A stretch of DNA of 25,807 nt from a virus. Taxonomy: Duplodnaviria; Caudoviricetes. The translations under genes and the position numbers were made by a program. Each line of letters starts with the position of its first letter. The stretch's first letter is position 1. Under the pieces are notes generated by a model. That model searched no databases and had not been told where the DNA came from. It worked only from the letters and a program-made list of their open reading frames with translations. The stretch is from positions 1 through 25,807 of the IMG/VR virus record IMGVR_UViG_3300044878_000036, one strand, 5' to 3'. Shown piece by piece: positions 17,732-25,649 of this stretch.

Positions 17732-17924
17732 TGCGCCCCTTGTAGTTGGTGCTGATTCGATCAGCCACGGCTTCCAGCCTTTCGGCCATGTACCACATAT
17801 CGTTATTGTCCCGGCGCGATACGACTCGGCACCGGTGGACGTTGCGGCCCATCAGGATCTTGGCGGCCAGCCGGATCAGTTCGGCTTCGAACTTGCGGCG
17901 CAGAAGGCCGTCGCGCGGGATCAT
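17721..17924 (-). CDS. Hypothetical protein
   Basis: ATGA-coupled member of the operon. Confidence 0.65.
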   Translation of the reverse strand: MIPRDGLLRRKFEAELIRLAAKILMGRNVHRCRVVSRRDNNDMWYMAERLEAVADRISTNYKGRNDE

Positions 17925-18106
17925 AGGCACCCCGCGCAGTCTTCGAGCAGGCCGTCATAGTCCCGCTTCAGCCGGTCGCGCTCACTGGTCAGCGCCTCAA
18001 CCTTGCGATGGATGTAACGGGCGATTGTCTCGCCTGGGAGCATGTCGGCGGCTGGCGTGCCTCTGAGTACGGCCTCCCATTCATGGACGGTCAGTTGTTC
18101 GGTCAT
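17921..18106 (-). CDS. Hypothetical protein
   Basis: ATGA-coupled at both ends; C-terminal coiled coil. Confidence 0.65.
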   Translation of the reverse strand: MTEQLTVHEWEAVLRGTPAADMLPGETIARYIHRKVEALTSERDRLKRDYDGLLEDCAGCL

Positions 18107-18393
18107 GGCTTCAGCTTCTCAATGGTGAATTTGAAGGTGCTGATGTCGTAGCCACGCTCGATCAGTTCATCCTTGAGCGTTCGCCCGAACATCCCGGTCA
18201 GTTTCTCGAAGTGATCCATCAGGATTGGCGTGTCGCGGCGGCCGCTAGACGAGCCTGCATCGTTATGAGCCTCGCTATTGCGCCAGAAGTAGGTCAGTTC
18301 GTTCTGGTCGCCTGGCTCATGCGCCCAGATAACGGTCAGGCTGCTTTTTGTCCCGTCGTTCTTTGGAGCGCGCCGGCCCTTTGGATATCTCAT
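18103..18393 (-). CDS. Hypothetical protein
   Basis: ATG 18393 overlaps the upstream stop; ends LKDELIERGYDISTFKFTIEK. Confidence 0.7.
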   Translation of the reverse strand: MRYPKGRRAPKNDGTKSSLTVIWAHEPGDQNELTYFWRNSEAHNDAGSSSGRRDTPILMDHFEKLTGMFGRTLKDELIERGYDISTFKFTIEKLKP

Positions 18394-18548
18394 GCCCTCA
18401 CACTCCAAACGCTGCCGTCTACCAGGTCACCGCGGCGAACAAACTTCGCCCCGCCCGTCAGGTGATGCAGGGTCGCGAACTCGGCAGAAGTGCGAGCCAG
18501 CGAGTAGGTGCGCCCGGTCGGGCGGTGGGTGTAGGTTGTGGTTTCCAT
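18390..18548 (-). CDS. Small hypothetical protein (52 aa; not in ORF track)
   Basis: GGAG RBS, METTTYTHRPTGRTY...VWSVRA, fills the gap and overlaps the next ATG. Confidence 0.65.
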   Translation of the reverse strand: METTTYTHRPTGRTYSLARTSAEFATLHHLTGGAKFVRRGDLVDGSVWSVRA

Positions 18549-18564
18549 GCGGGTTTCTCCGTGG

Positions 18565-19263
18565 TCACTGGCTGAGGATGTCGAGCTGGGCTTTGGCGCA
18601 TTCGTCGGGGCCGTGCGGCAGGCGGGTTGGCTCGATTACTTGGTACTCACCGTCATCACTGTGATGACCGGCTTCACGTCGCGAGGGTGCGTATCGAGAT
18701 CGCAGATTCTGAGCAAGCCGAGGGTCAACCTGGAGGTCCGCATAGATTAGGGCTATCTGATGCTTGTAGTTGCGCCAGGATTCGTGAGCTGATTCAGGGT
18801 CATCGAAGAGCCCTATATGGACCTGCTTTCCAGTGAAAGGATTTCTGCAGTGGGCAGCGAATCTTCCATTTCCCTTGTGCCAGTACACGCCAAGTGGCCA
18901 CTCACCACGACTCGCTTTGTTATCGGCTACGAACTTATTGAGGCTTTGCGAGATGAAAATACAGGTCTCGGGCGAGTAAATTTTGTTCCCGGGAAACAGC
19001 AGGTCTTTGTCTAGATCATTTCCCTCGTAATCCTGCTGGGACATCCACCTCTTGAATTCAGAAAATGAATGCCATTGCGGTGAAACCGTGCAGCCCGAGT
19101 AGGCTGGATTCCACCTTTTATTTTTTTCGCTGTAGCAGCGCCGAAGCATATCTGTCCACGCGCGATAAAACGGACAGATCCACTTTCCGGCATCTGTTTT
19201 TCGCTGAGTCATGTAGTCAGCATCATTTATGCCTACCCCGCAAACCATCCTGATCTTCTTCAT
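18565..19263 (-). CDS. HNH-related homing endonuclease with AP2-like DNA-binding domain
   Basis: Y..W..ML.RCY...V...W..F..F..W...LDKD...GNKIYSPETC; PLGVYW..GRF.A...HIGLFDDPESA; visibly AT-richer. Confidence 0.8.
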   Translation of the reverse strand: MKKIRMVCGVGINDADYMTQRKTDAGKWICPFYRAWTDMLRRCYSEKNKRWNPAYSGCTVSPQWHSFSEFKRWMSQQDYEGNDLDKDLLFPGNKIYSPETCIFISQSLNKFVADNKASRGEWPLGVYWHKGNGRFAAHCRNPFTGKQVHIGLFDDPESAHESWRNYKHQIALIYADLQVDPRLAQNLRSRYAPSRREAGHHSDDGEYQVIEPTRLPHGPDECAKAQLDILSQ

Positions 19264-19577
19264 GATTCTTCGTCCATGCAGGTTCTCTGAGCTTCGCGCT
19301 GATAGGCAATCTCAAGCTTCCGCGCTACATTTTCAGTAATTTCGTATGTGTGGCGCGGCGGCTTCAGGAACTCGACCAGTTCGGCGTCAGTCATGGCGTC
19401 CATCTTCATGATGGCCAGCTGCAGGACTTCGCTGATTTCTTCGGTGCCTGATCTCGTTCGGATACGGTCCATCGCCTGATGGATGCCGGGGCGGACCTTG
19501 TGCCTAAGTTCTTTCTCTCCGACCTTTTCCCGCTTATCCGCGGCCTTCGCTGACCGCTGCTGCGTATTCTTCGCCAT
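19260..19577 (-). CDS. Hypothetical protein (basic N-terminus, possible DNA binding)
   Basis: AGGAAGG RBS before ATG 19577; MAKNTQQRSAKAADKR. Confidence 0.7.
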   Translation of the reverse strand: MAKNTQQRSAKAADKREKVGEKELRHKVRPGIHQAMDRIRTRSGTEEISEVLQLAIMKMDAMTDAELVEFLKPPRHTYEITENVARKLEIAYQREAQRTCMDEES

Positions 19578-19578
19578 G

Positions 19579-20037
19579 TTATGCCGCCTTCCTTTGGTTC
19601 CATGCCCCGGCGGCCTCGAACAGCTGAGCCGCCTGTTTTTCTTCCAATGATGTTTCGTAGGGGATCGCAATCCAGCCACTCGCGACCAGGTGCAGGGCGT
19701 TGCATGAATCGCGCAGCTCGATATAGAAGTGCTCGATCACGTCCGATATGTTGGACGCCAGATGAACGCCTACTGGCGAGACCTCGACTGACTTGCAGTA
19801 TTCTGCACCAGCCTGGTCGATGCACATGCAGCTGATATAAATCGTCCACCGGTGCGCTATTTCAAAGATGGCACTACCGATTTGATGGCTGACAATTCGC
19901 CGGGAGTTGACCGCGTTGAACAGCGACTGCTTGCCGCTCGGGTCGATGTTCACGATGCAAGTGTGGTTGGTCCGGAGCAGTGCCCGGCAGGAACGCTCGA
20001 CCCGGGCCCGCATGTTGTTCGGCTTGCGCTTTTTCAT
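19579..20037 (-). CDS. Hypothetical protein
   Basis: MKKRKPNNMRAR...GWIAIP...LFEAAGAW; abuts the next gene. Confidence 0.7.
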   Translation of the reverse strand: MKKRKPNNMRARVERSCRALLRTNHTCIVNIDPSGKQSLFNAVNSRRIVSHQIGSAIFEIAHRWTIYISCMCIDQAGAEYCKSVEVSPVGVHLASNISDVIEHFYIELRDSCNALHLVASGWIAIPYETSLEEKQAAQLFEAAGAWNQRKAA

Positions 20038-20109
20038 TCGATAACCCGCTCGCTGGCAGCTGGTGCTGGATGAGGCGCGCACGATGACGCGCCAAGGATC
20101 TGAACCGCA

Positions 20110-20604
20110 TTACTTGCGCGTCCCTTTGAATCGAATCTGGAAGGTGTCGACCAGGCGCGTCATCTTGTGCCAGCCAATTTTCAGGTGGGCGCCGGCCTGG
20201 CGCTTCGATACCCCGATCTCAGCCATCGCCCGAAGCCGCTCCACCAGTTTCGCGTCATCTTCCGGGTCAATGATGTAGACGCCCTTCTTTCCCGAGGCAC
20301 GCCCGGCGCCGGACTTGAGACTGATCCCGAACTGCTTGCAGATCTTCGTCACGCGGTCTTGAGAAATACCAAGGTGCTTGGCCAGGTCCAGCTTGATCAT
20401 CGTCACGCTCAGCGTTCGGATCTGATCGGCCATCTGTCGTAGCTCGATCTCTTCCTTCGTCAGCCGAGGCTCGATGCGTGGTGGTAGGGGTTTGAATTCG
20501 AAAGTTTGCAGCACGTCGATCTTGCCGCCGGAGCGTAGGAACGCTTCTTGTGCAGCGGCTAGCGTCGATCGGTCCATCACTCGGAGGTCGTTGTATTGGT
20601 TCAT
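20110..20604 (-). CDS. Putative DNA-binding protein with two HTH-like repeats
   Basis: FL.SGGKI N-terminal motif; DLAKHLGISQDRVTKIC and SKRQAGAHLKIGWHKMTRLV. Confidence 0.7.
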   Translation of the reverse strand: MNQYNDLRVMDRSTLAAAQEAFLRSGGKIDVLQTFEFKPLPPRIEPRLTKEEIELRQMADQIRTLSVTMIKLDLAKHLGISQDRVTKICKQFGISLKSGAGRASGKKGVYIIDPEDDAKLVERLRAMAEIGVSKRQAGAHLKIGWHKMTRLVDTFQIRFKGTRK

Positions 20605-20613
20605 TTGGCACCC

Positions 20614-20642
20614 AAAAGAAAGGGCGCTCACTGGCGCCCTTT
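20614..20642 (-). terminator. Intrinsic terminator after exonuclease gene
   Basis: AAAGGGCGC-6nt-GCGCCCTTT followed by CTTTT on the - strand. Confidence 0.65.
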
Positions 20643-20659
20643 GTCGGTTACTTGGTTGG

Positions 20660-21331
20660 TTATTTGGTCAGCGCCTTGCGCAGGTACGGATCAACGTCGG
20701 CCTGGCCGAGCAGCCAGCGCTTATAGTCGGCCGGGATGTCGGCGATTTTCGATCCGGCGTGCTTGCCGAAGCGGATCACTGTCGGAATGCGCGCCTCTTC
20801 CGAAATCATCCAGAGGTCTTCGAAGCTGAAAACCGCTGCGCCGTTGCGGGCTTCCAGTTCCTCCAGGATCTTGGCCAGCAGCCGGCGGCAGTTGTGCACG
20901 TCGTCAAGCGCGGCGTGAGCGTTTTGCAAGAGCCCGCGTGCAAACTCCCGGTAGTGCAGGTAGATCATCGCCGACTGGCTGTGCGAGTCAGCATCCGGCC
21001 AGAGCGCACGGCTCAGTGCTTGGGTGCAGATCCGCTTCACGTCCGGCTGGCCGATCACATTCCAGTCATAGTCGACGTTGTGGCCGATGATGTACTGAGT
21101 GCCGTCAGGCAGCGCGAAGTCGGTGTGCGGCGGGCAGTCGACCAGCTCTTCGTCGTAGATGTGGCTGGTGGCCAGCGCGCCCAGCTCGATCGGCTTCGAC
21201 GGCTTGTAGCGCTGCAGGAATTCTTCGACGACTTCCAGGGTCTGGATGTCGGCGAGTTTGAGATAGGCGCCTTCGACCATCTGCGGGTCTTTCAGGCCGG
21301 TTGTTTCGCTGTCAAAAATAATTGCGTTCAT
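20660..21331 (-). CDS. 3'-5' exonuclease, DEDDh family (ExoX-like)
   Basis: IFDSETTG, GHNVDYD, AHAALDD motifs; C-terminal FGKHAG..I.DIP.DY..WL. Confidence 0.9.
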   Translation of the reverse strand: MNAIIFDSETTGLKDPQMVEGAYLKLADIQTLEVVEEFLQRYKPSKPIELGALATSHIYDEELVDCPPHTDFALPDGTQYIIGHNVDYDWNVIGQPDVKRICTQALSRALWPDADSHSQSAMIYLHYREFARGLLQNAHAALDDVHNCRRLLAKILEELEARNGAAVFSFEDLWMISEEARIPTVIRFGKHAGSKIADIPADYKRWLLGQADVDPYLRKALTK

Positions 21332-21408
21332 TGGTTACCCCTGATTTCACTTTGATTTTGAGTCCGCCGGGTGATGGCCCGGCGGGTTGTTGCTATGCAG
21401 CGTGACGA

Positions 21409-22062
21409 TCAATCGAACGGGATGTCGTCGAATTCGTAGTGCGGTTCGTCCTGGTTGTGGCCGTAGCCGTCGTTGCTCGGCTGGCCCTGCAGGTGCTTCG
21501 GACGGTTGTCACGAACAGGCTTTTTCATCAGTTGCTGAACCATCTTGGCCAGCTTCACCGGTGCCATGCACTTAGGATCAAGGATCTCGGAAGCGGTCTT
21601 TTCTGACTCGGCACTGAATGGCGCGTAGATGATCGGGCGTTCCATGCCGGTGGTGCTGGTCTTCTCGATTTCCATCTGGAGCAGCAGGCCGATCGGCTTG
21701 CCCATCAGCTCCGGGAAGCCAGGCGCGGTCACTTCAACGCGCTGTTTCAGGTCGTTGTCCCACTTTTCAAACTTGATCGGCTGAGGTGCGCCGACTGCGC
21801 GCAGCTTCAGGCAGGCCATGATCGCGTTGACGATCGCGTAACCGCCGTCGTTCCGGGTGCCGTGCTGGTAGGTCAGGTTCACGTAGAAGTTGCCTTCTGC
21901 GCCGTCGCGGGTCTTGTAGGTGAAGCCGATCCCGGTAGAGCCGGTCTCCTTCTTCTCCATGTACTCGGCCCGGGTGAAGTCGCCGATGTACTTGCCGGCC
22001 TCGTCAATGAAGGCGGACTTGTTGTCGGCGGAACGTGCTGCGTTAGCGTCAAGATTGAACAT
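21409..22062 (-). CDS. Putative single-stranded DNA-binding protein
   Basis: Directly follows the Sak4-like ATPase; flexible acidic tail ending DDIPFD like bacterial SSB. Confidence 0.65.
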   Translation of the reverse strand: MFNLDANAARSADNKSAFIDEAGKYIGDFTRAEYMEKKETGSTGIGFTYKTRDGAEGNFYVNLTYQHGTRNDGGYAIVNAIMACLKLRAVGAPQPIKFEKWDNDLKQRVEVTAPGFPELMGKPIGLLLQMEIEKTSTTGMERPIIYAPFSAESEKTASEILDPKCMAPVKLAKMVQQLMKKPVRDNRPKHLQGQPSNDGYGHNQDEPHYEFDDIPFD

Positions 22063-22073
22063 GTGGAAGGCTC

Positions 22074-22712
22074 CTATGCGGCCTGGGTGATTTCAGTAGG
22101 TTTGATGTCGTAGTAATCGCAGATCGCAGCGTCAACCGCTGCCAGGTCGTTCTCGACCATGGGATCTTCGAACATGCCCATCGGGGCCTTGGTCGTGTCC
22201 GATCCGTTGTTGCGGGTGCTGAAGAAGTGCTGGCCATCCATGACAAGCGAGCGCAGAACGATGGTCACCATGCCTTCCAGCGTGATTTTCTCGTCCAGCA
22301 TCTTGCCGATGGTCTTCATCTTGATCTGGCCGGCGTCTGTTTCCTCGGTGTGGCTGAGGATGTAGACGCGAACGTCGTCGGGCAGATGCAGCATCGCCTC
22401 GAAGATGTTCCAGGTGTGCCGTCCGATCTCGGTGAACTTGTCGAAGCCCTTTTCCTCGCTCCGGCGCATGAACTCGTTCGCCAAGATGTATTGGAAGTCA
22501 TCGATCACGATCACCTTCCGCTTGGTCTGCCGGGTGGCGCCAATGACTTTGTTCCAGTCGTCCGTGACGTAGGGCTTCCAGGCCTTGGAGTCACGGAACG
22601 GGAGGGGTTTCTTGATGACTTGGATCAGGGCCACGTCGGCGGGCTTGAAGTTGCGCATTGACGCGCTCTTGCCGCTACCGGACTTGCCGAGGATCAGGGT
22701 TACAGTTGCCAT
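22074..22712 (-). CDS. Sak4-like (AAA_24) single-strand annealing ATPase
   Basis: Walker A GKSGSGKS, Walker B IVIDD, K.P.GMF; in recombination-module position. Confidence 0.85.
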   Translation of the reverse strand: MATVTLILGKSGSGKSASMRNFKPADVALIQVIKKPLPFRDSKAWKPYVTDDWNKVIGATRQTKRKVIVIDDFQYILANEFMRRSEEKGFDKFTEIGRHTWNIFEAMLHLPDDVRVYILSHTEETDAGQIKMKTIGKMLDEKITLEGMVTIVLRSLVMDGQHFFSTRNNGSDTTKAPMGMFEDPMVENDLAAVDAAICDYYDIKPTEITQAA

Positions 22713-22721
22713 ATCGGCACC

Positions 22722-22865
22722 TCAGATTGGCTGGTTATCCCACTGGCGCTCAATTTTCAGCGCCTCGTCTTCGTACTCTTTGCGCTGCTCGCCCTGGAAC
22801 TGCTCAGGGTCAAACGCGCCTACCGTCATCCAGTCGAGCTGGGCGGTCAGTCGTGGTGTGTTCAT
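22722..22865 (-). CDS. Small hypothetical protein (47 aa)
   Basis: GAGG RBS before ATG 22865. Confidence 0.6.
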   Translation of the reverse strand: MNTPRLTAQLDWMTVGAFDPEQFQGEQRKEYEDEALKIERQWDNQPI

Positions 22866-22872
22866 GGCGACC

Positions 22873-23934
22873 TCAGTAGGTGAGGGTGATGGCCGGGATC
22901 TTGCCCTGCACAATCAGAGTGATGGCTTGCTTGGCGCAGGCTTCGGTCATGCCGTTAGCGGTGAAGGCTTCCAGCGCTGCCCGGTTGACCTTGCCGCGGT
23001 GTGCCGTATCAGCTGCGCGGGCGTCCTGCTGGCGGATGATCTCGGCGGCGGCATCGTCTGCGCGCTTCTGCTCATCCAAGCGGGCTTGCTCGACTGCCTG
23101 CTCTTGCCGGGCTGCCGCTTCCTTGCGCTCACGTTCGGCGCGCTGATCGGCCTCTTCCTTTTCTCGTTTCGCCTGCTCGGCCTTGCGCTCAGACTCGGCC
23201 GCTGCCAGCTTCAGGTCATTCTCGCGCTGGGCTGCTTCGTCCCGCTCGCGTTGCGCCTTCTGCTCCGCCTCGATGCGCACCTTCTCGGCGGACTCGTTGG
23301 CGATTCGTTGCTCGCGCTCTTTCTTTTCGCGCTCTTCTGCCTCTGCGCGCAGCCTGGCCAGTTCCGCCTGCTCGACTTCGACCTTCTCCTGCGATTCCAG
23401 AGCGGCGCGGAGGGTGATCAGCGATGCAGCCTTTGCCCGGTGCGCGTCGGCCTCGAACTCTTCCAGCTCCTGGTTGATCTCCAGGCTGTCCAGGTCCTGC
23501 ACCTTGGCGCCGATCAGTGCAGCGCTCATGCCGGCGGTGTCGGTGTTTTCGATGTGCGCGATCACGGCCTTGTGCGCAGCGACCCGGGCTTCCTCGGCGG
23601 ACTCCCACTCATTCAGTGGGCGGCGGACCTGATCCTGAAGCGCTTCCAGGGCTTCGCGCATCCGCTTGCGCTCAGCGTCGATCAGCTTCGGGACTTCCTT
23701 CAGCTCGGCCACCAGCTTTTTGCCGGCGTCGTCCAGGGCCACCTTCGATTTCGCGACCTTGTGGGCAATCGAGGCGATGGCGGCGCGACCCTTTGCGGTG
23801 CTGGTATCTGGAACGAACGCCAGAACCTCGTCTCGGATCTTTTGCAGCCACGGCTCCAGGCCGTTCGGTGCGCTGTACGCGGCCAGCGCGGTTTCCTTTG
23901 GCGGCACGGTGGCCAGCTCAGTCGTTGCGTTCAT
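22873..23934 (-). CDS. Long coiled-coil early protein (TolA-like composition)
   Basis: Own RBS AAGGGG before ATG 23934; D.ST.KGR.AIASIA.KVAKSK; ends I..G.IP.I...Y. Confidence 0.8.
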   Translation of the reverse strand: MNATTELATVPPKETALAAYSAPNGLEPWLQKIRDEVLAFVPDTSTAKGRAAIASIAHKVAKSKVALDDAGKKLVAELKEVPKLIDAERKRMREALEALQDQVRRPLNEWESAEEARVAAHKAVIAHIENTDTAGMSAALIGAKVQDLDSLEINQELEEFEADAHRAKAASLITLRAALESQEKVEVEQAELARLRAEAEEREKKEREQRIANESAEKVRIEAEQKAQRERDEAAQRENDLKLAAAESERKAEQAKREKEEADQRAERERKEAAARQEQAVEQARLDEQKRADDAAAEIIRQQDARAADTAHRGKVNRAALEAFTANGMTEACAKQAITLIVQGKIPAITLTY

Positions 23935-24210
23935 GTTCACCCCTTGTACGTCGCTGGTCCCGTGCAAGGGACTATGAAAAACATTGTTATTCAGGCCGAA
24001 GAAGTCGCCGATCTGCTCGACTGCTGCATTGATCCGCACCTGGGCGGCCTTGCGTTCGGCAAGTCGGATCGCTTCCCGCTCAACGCTGCGGGCGGCGCTC
24101 GCCTCGTAGTCGTGGAAGAAGTCGGCCGTCGCCTGCTTTGGTCTGCCCCATGCGTCATACCGTCGATCCCACTCCCGGGCCTGGGCGCTGTCTGCGTAGC
24201 TGGTGCTCAT
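23935..24210 (-). CDS. Small early protein fused in frame to the downstream gene
   Basis: MSTSYADSAQAREWD starts in an ATGA overlap; no in-frame stop before 23934. Confidence 0.55.
23957..23972. promoter_or_regulatory. Dispersed palindrome copy GTCCCGTGCAAGGGAC (15/16)
   Basis: Just upstream of the RBS for ATG 23934. Confidence 0.65.
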
Positions 24211-24584
24211 GGCTCAGCCCTCAGCAACTGGTCTCCGATGATGCGCAGGCGGTTTCGGATGCGGGCGCCTTGGGCGTTGATCTCTTTGCGCTCATCGAGC
24301 AGCTTGGCCATCGACCGGTAGATGTCGTCGTCTTCGAGATCCTGACCATCCCATTCTTGGCAGGTATCGACCGCATGGAGCCAGCCGCGCCACACGATGC
24401 TGTAGTCGGGGTCGTCGGTTACTTCGCCGCTCATGTAGCGATTGCGGAAGGGCTTTAGGTCGACGAATGTTTCGGCATCTGCATGCTGCCCCCGGATGGC
24501 CTGGGCGTTCTCGCGCAGCGCTTTCCGGTGCCGGGCGTAGGCCTTGGCCAGCTCGACAAGTTTTTGTTCTGGTGTCTGCGTCAT
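24207..24584 (-). CDS. Hypothetical protein
   Basis: ATG 24584 in ATGA overlap; helical. Confidence 0.7.
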   Translation of the reverse strand: MTQTPEQKLVELAKAYARHRKALRENAQAIRGQHADAETFVDLKPFRNRYMSGEVTDDPDYSIVWRGWLHAVDTCQEWDGQDLEDDDIYRSMAKLLDERKEINAQGARIRNRLRIIGDQLLRAEP

Positions 24585-24778
24585 TGCCGTGCTCTCACGG
24601 CAATCCTGTTGCCTTTCTGCGTGGCTGCCATTTTCTTCGGAAGGTCGCACACCCGGAAGTCGCGAGGCATACCCAGAAGTCCGTACACCTGAGTGCTGAC
24701 AGCGATCATTCCGAGGCTGCGCTCAATGTCGTCGAGCTGCTCGTCTATCAACGATTTTACAACTGGCGTCGTGTTCAT
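24581..24778 (-). CDS. Hypothetical protein
   Basis: GGAGG RBS; MNTTPVVKSLIDEQL...KGNRIAVR. Confidence 0.7.
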   Translation of the reverse strand: MNTTPVVKSLIDEQLDDIERSLGMIAVSTQVYGLLGMPRDFRVCDLPKKMAATQKGNRIAVRARQ

Positions 24779-25017
24779 GCGTGCATCCTCCCGGCTGATC
24801 CGCAAAGGCGGGACACTCGCAGGGCGCGAGCGGCGTTGATGTAGTCGTGCATCACTCTCGACTCTTCGTGCTTGATGTCGCCCGCGAAGAGTGCGTAGGT
24901 GACCAGACCGGCCAGGTAATTCAGTTCCGACTCGCTGCCAACCAGGTCACCGGCGGGCATGGCGTGGATCTTTTTCAATCGTTCATCGAAAAGCACTCTT
25001 GCTGATGAGTTGAACAT
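24775..25017 (-). CDS. Hypothetical protein
   Basis: GAGGG RBS; coupled to the next gene. Confidence 0.7.
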   Translation of the reverse strand: MFNSSARVLFDERLKKIHAMPAGDLVGSESELNYLAGLVTYALFAGDIKHEESRVMHDYINAARALRVSRLCGSAGRMHA

Positions 25018-25062
25018 TTTAGATTCCCTCGGTGACGTGGAAGAGACCGCTATTTTCGTGCT

Positions 25063-25212
25063 TTAAAGGCGGCTGTGATGGCGGAAGGTGCGACCCTGGC
25101 CGCTGCCAGGAAAACGCTGGCGTGCCTGGCGTGCAACTCGCGCACTCGGGTAGGTGGCAGAGCCGCCCATCTTCCCGGTGACGAACAACCCGCGAAGGTT
25201 GATTGTGTTCAT
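25063..25212 (-). CDS. Small Arg-rich protein (49 aa), first ORF of pL operon
   Basis: GAGG RBS before ATG 25212; SARVARQARQRF...RTFRHHSRL. Confidence 0.45.
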   Translation of the reverse strand: MNTINLRGLFVTGKMGGSATYPSARVARQARQRFPGSGQGRTFRHHSRL

Positions 25213-25289
25213 TTCAAAGTCCTCGCCCTGAAGGGCCATCCCTGTTTCGCTGTTCATTTGCTTGCACCCCTGCTTGCGTTGGTAGTTGG

Positions 25290-25499
25290 TTTCCCACTGC
25301 CGACTCATCGAATCGACAGTGGTGAAAAGTGCCGTCTTTCCGGCTGTCACGCTGCCTGTAGCTTTACGACGAACTGTCGCAGCGATCCCCGTCGTTACTC
25401 TTCACTGCCGGCAAACCTTGCGCGCCGATCTCTCGAACGCGGAAGCAGGCCGTTTTGCGTACTGTTCCCAGGAACTCGTCCTGGGTATGTCTTCAGCTA
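25290..25499 (-). ncRNA. Structured pL leader RNA (family not identified)
   Basis: Several hairpins; the 13-bp stem at 25294-25322 has G-U pairs only on the - strand. Confidence 0.45.
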
Positions 25500-25511
25500 T
25501 GTTAAAGAGCG
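25500..25511 (-). promoter_or_regulatory. boxA antitermination element CGCTCTTTAACA
   Basis: Matches the NusB/S10 boxA consensus, about 40 nt downstream of pL -10. Confidence 0.8.
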
Positions 25512-25522
25512 TTTCGTCTCAG

Positions 25523-25538
25523 GTCTCTTGCAAGGGAC
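25523..25538. promoter_or_regulatory. Dispersed palindrome copy GTCTCTTGCAAGGGAC (15/16)
   Basis: Immediately downstream of the predicted pL start. Confidence 0.65.
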
Positions 25539-25553
25539 CGTCTCGATGACTTA

Positions 25554-25582
25554 AAGGTAACTCGGGGTTGCGAACCTGTAAA
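25554..25582 (-). promoter_or_regulatory. Leftward early promoter pL with operator
   Basis: TTTACA-17bp-TACCTT; operator CGCAACC-CCG-AGTTACC at 25556-25572. Confidence 0.75.
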
Positions 25583-25649
25583 GTCCTTTCGATGAAATAA
25601 TTTTTAGGTTGCAGGGCCCCTCAAAGGGACTAGACTTGACGAAATACCG

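Noticed and set aside
19874-20110. 78-aa - strand ORF starting at the upstream stop
   Set aside because: Mostly overlaps the 19579-20037 gene in another frame; at most a short coupling peptide
20120-20135. Further palindrome half-sites (GTCCCTTTGA here, GCAAGGGA near 1647, GTCCATGCAAGG at the cro start)
   Set aside because: Only half-sites or 10/16 and below; cannot be separated from chance by eye
21364-21385. 8-bp GC hairpin between SSB-like and exonuclease genes as a terminator
   Set aside because: No U tract on the transcribed - strand; may be a stability or processing element but unsupported
22585-24321. 578-aa + strand ORF
   Set aside because: Antisense shadow of the coiled-coil gene; Leu/Phe-rich composition mirrors Glu/Lys/Ala codons; no RBS
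25225-25236. GCCCTGAAGGGC resembling lambda boxB
   Set aside because: Lacks the 5-nt loop, is on the non-transcribed strand and is far from boxA
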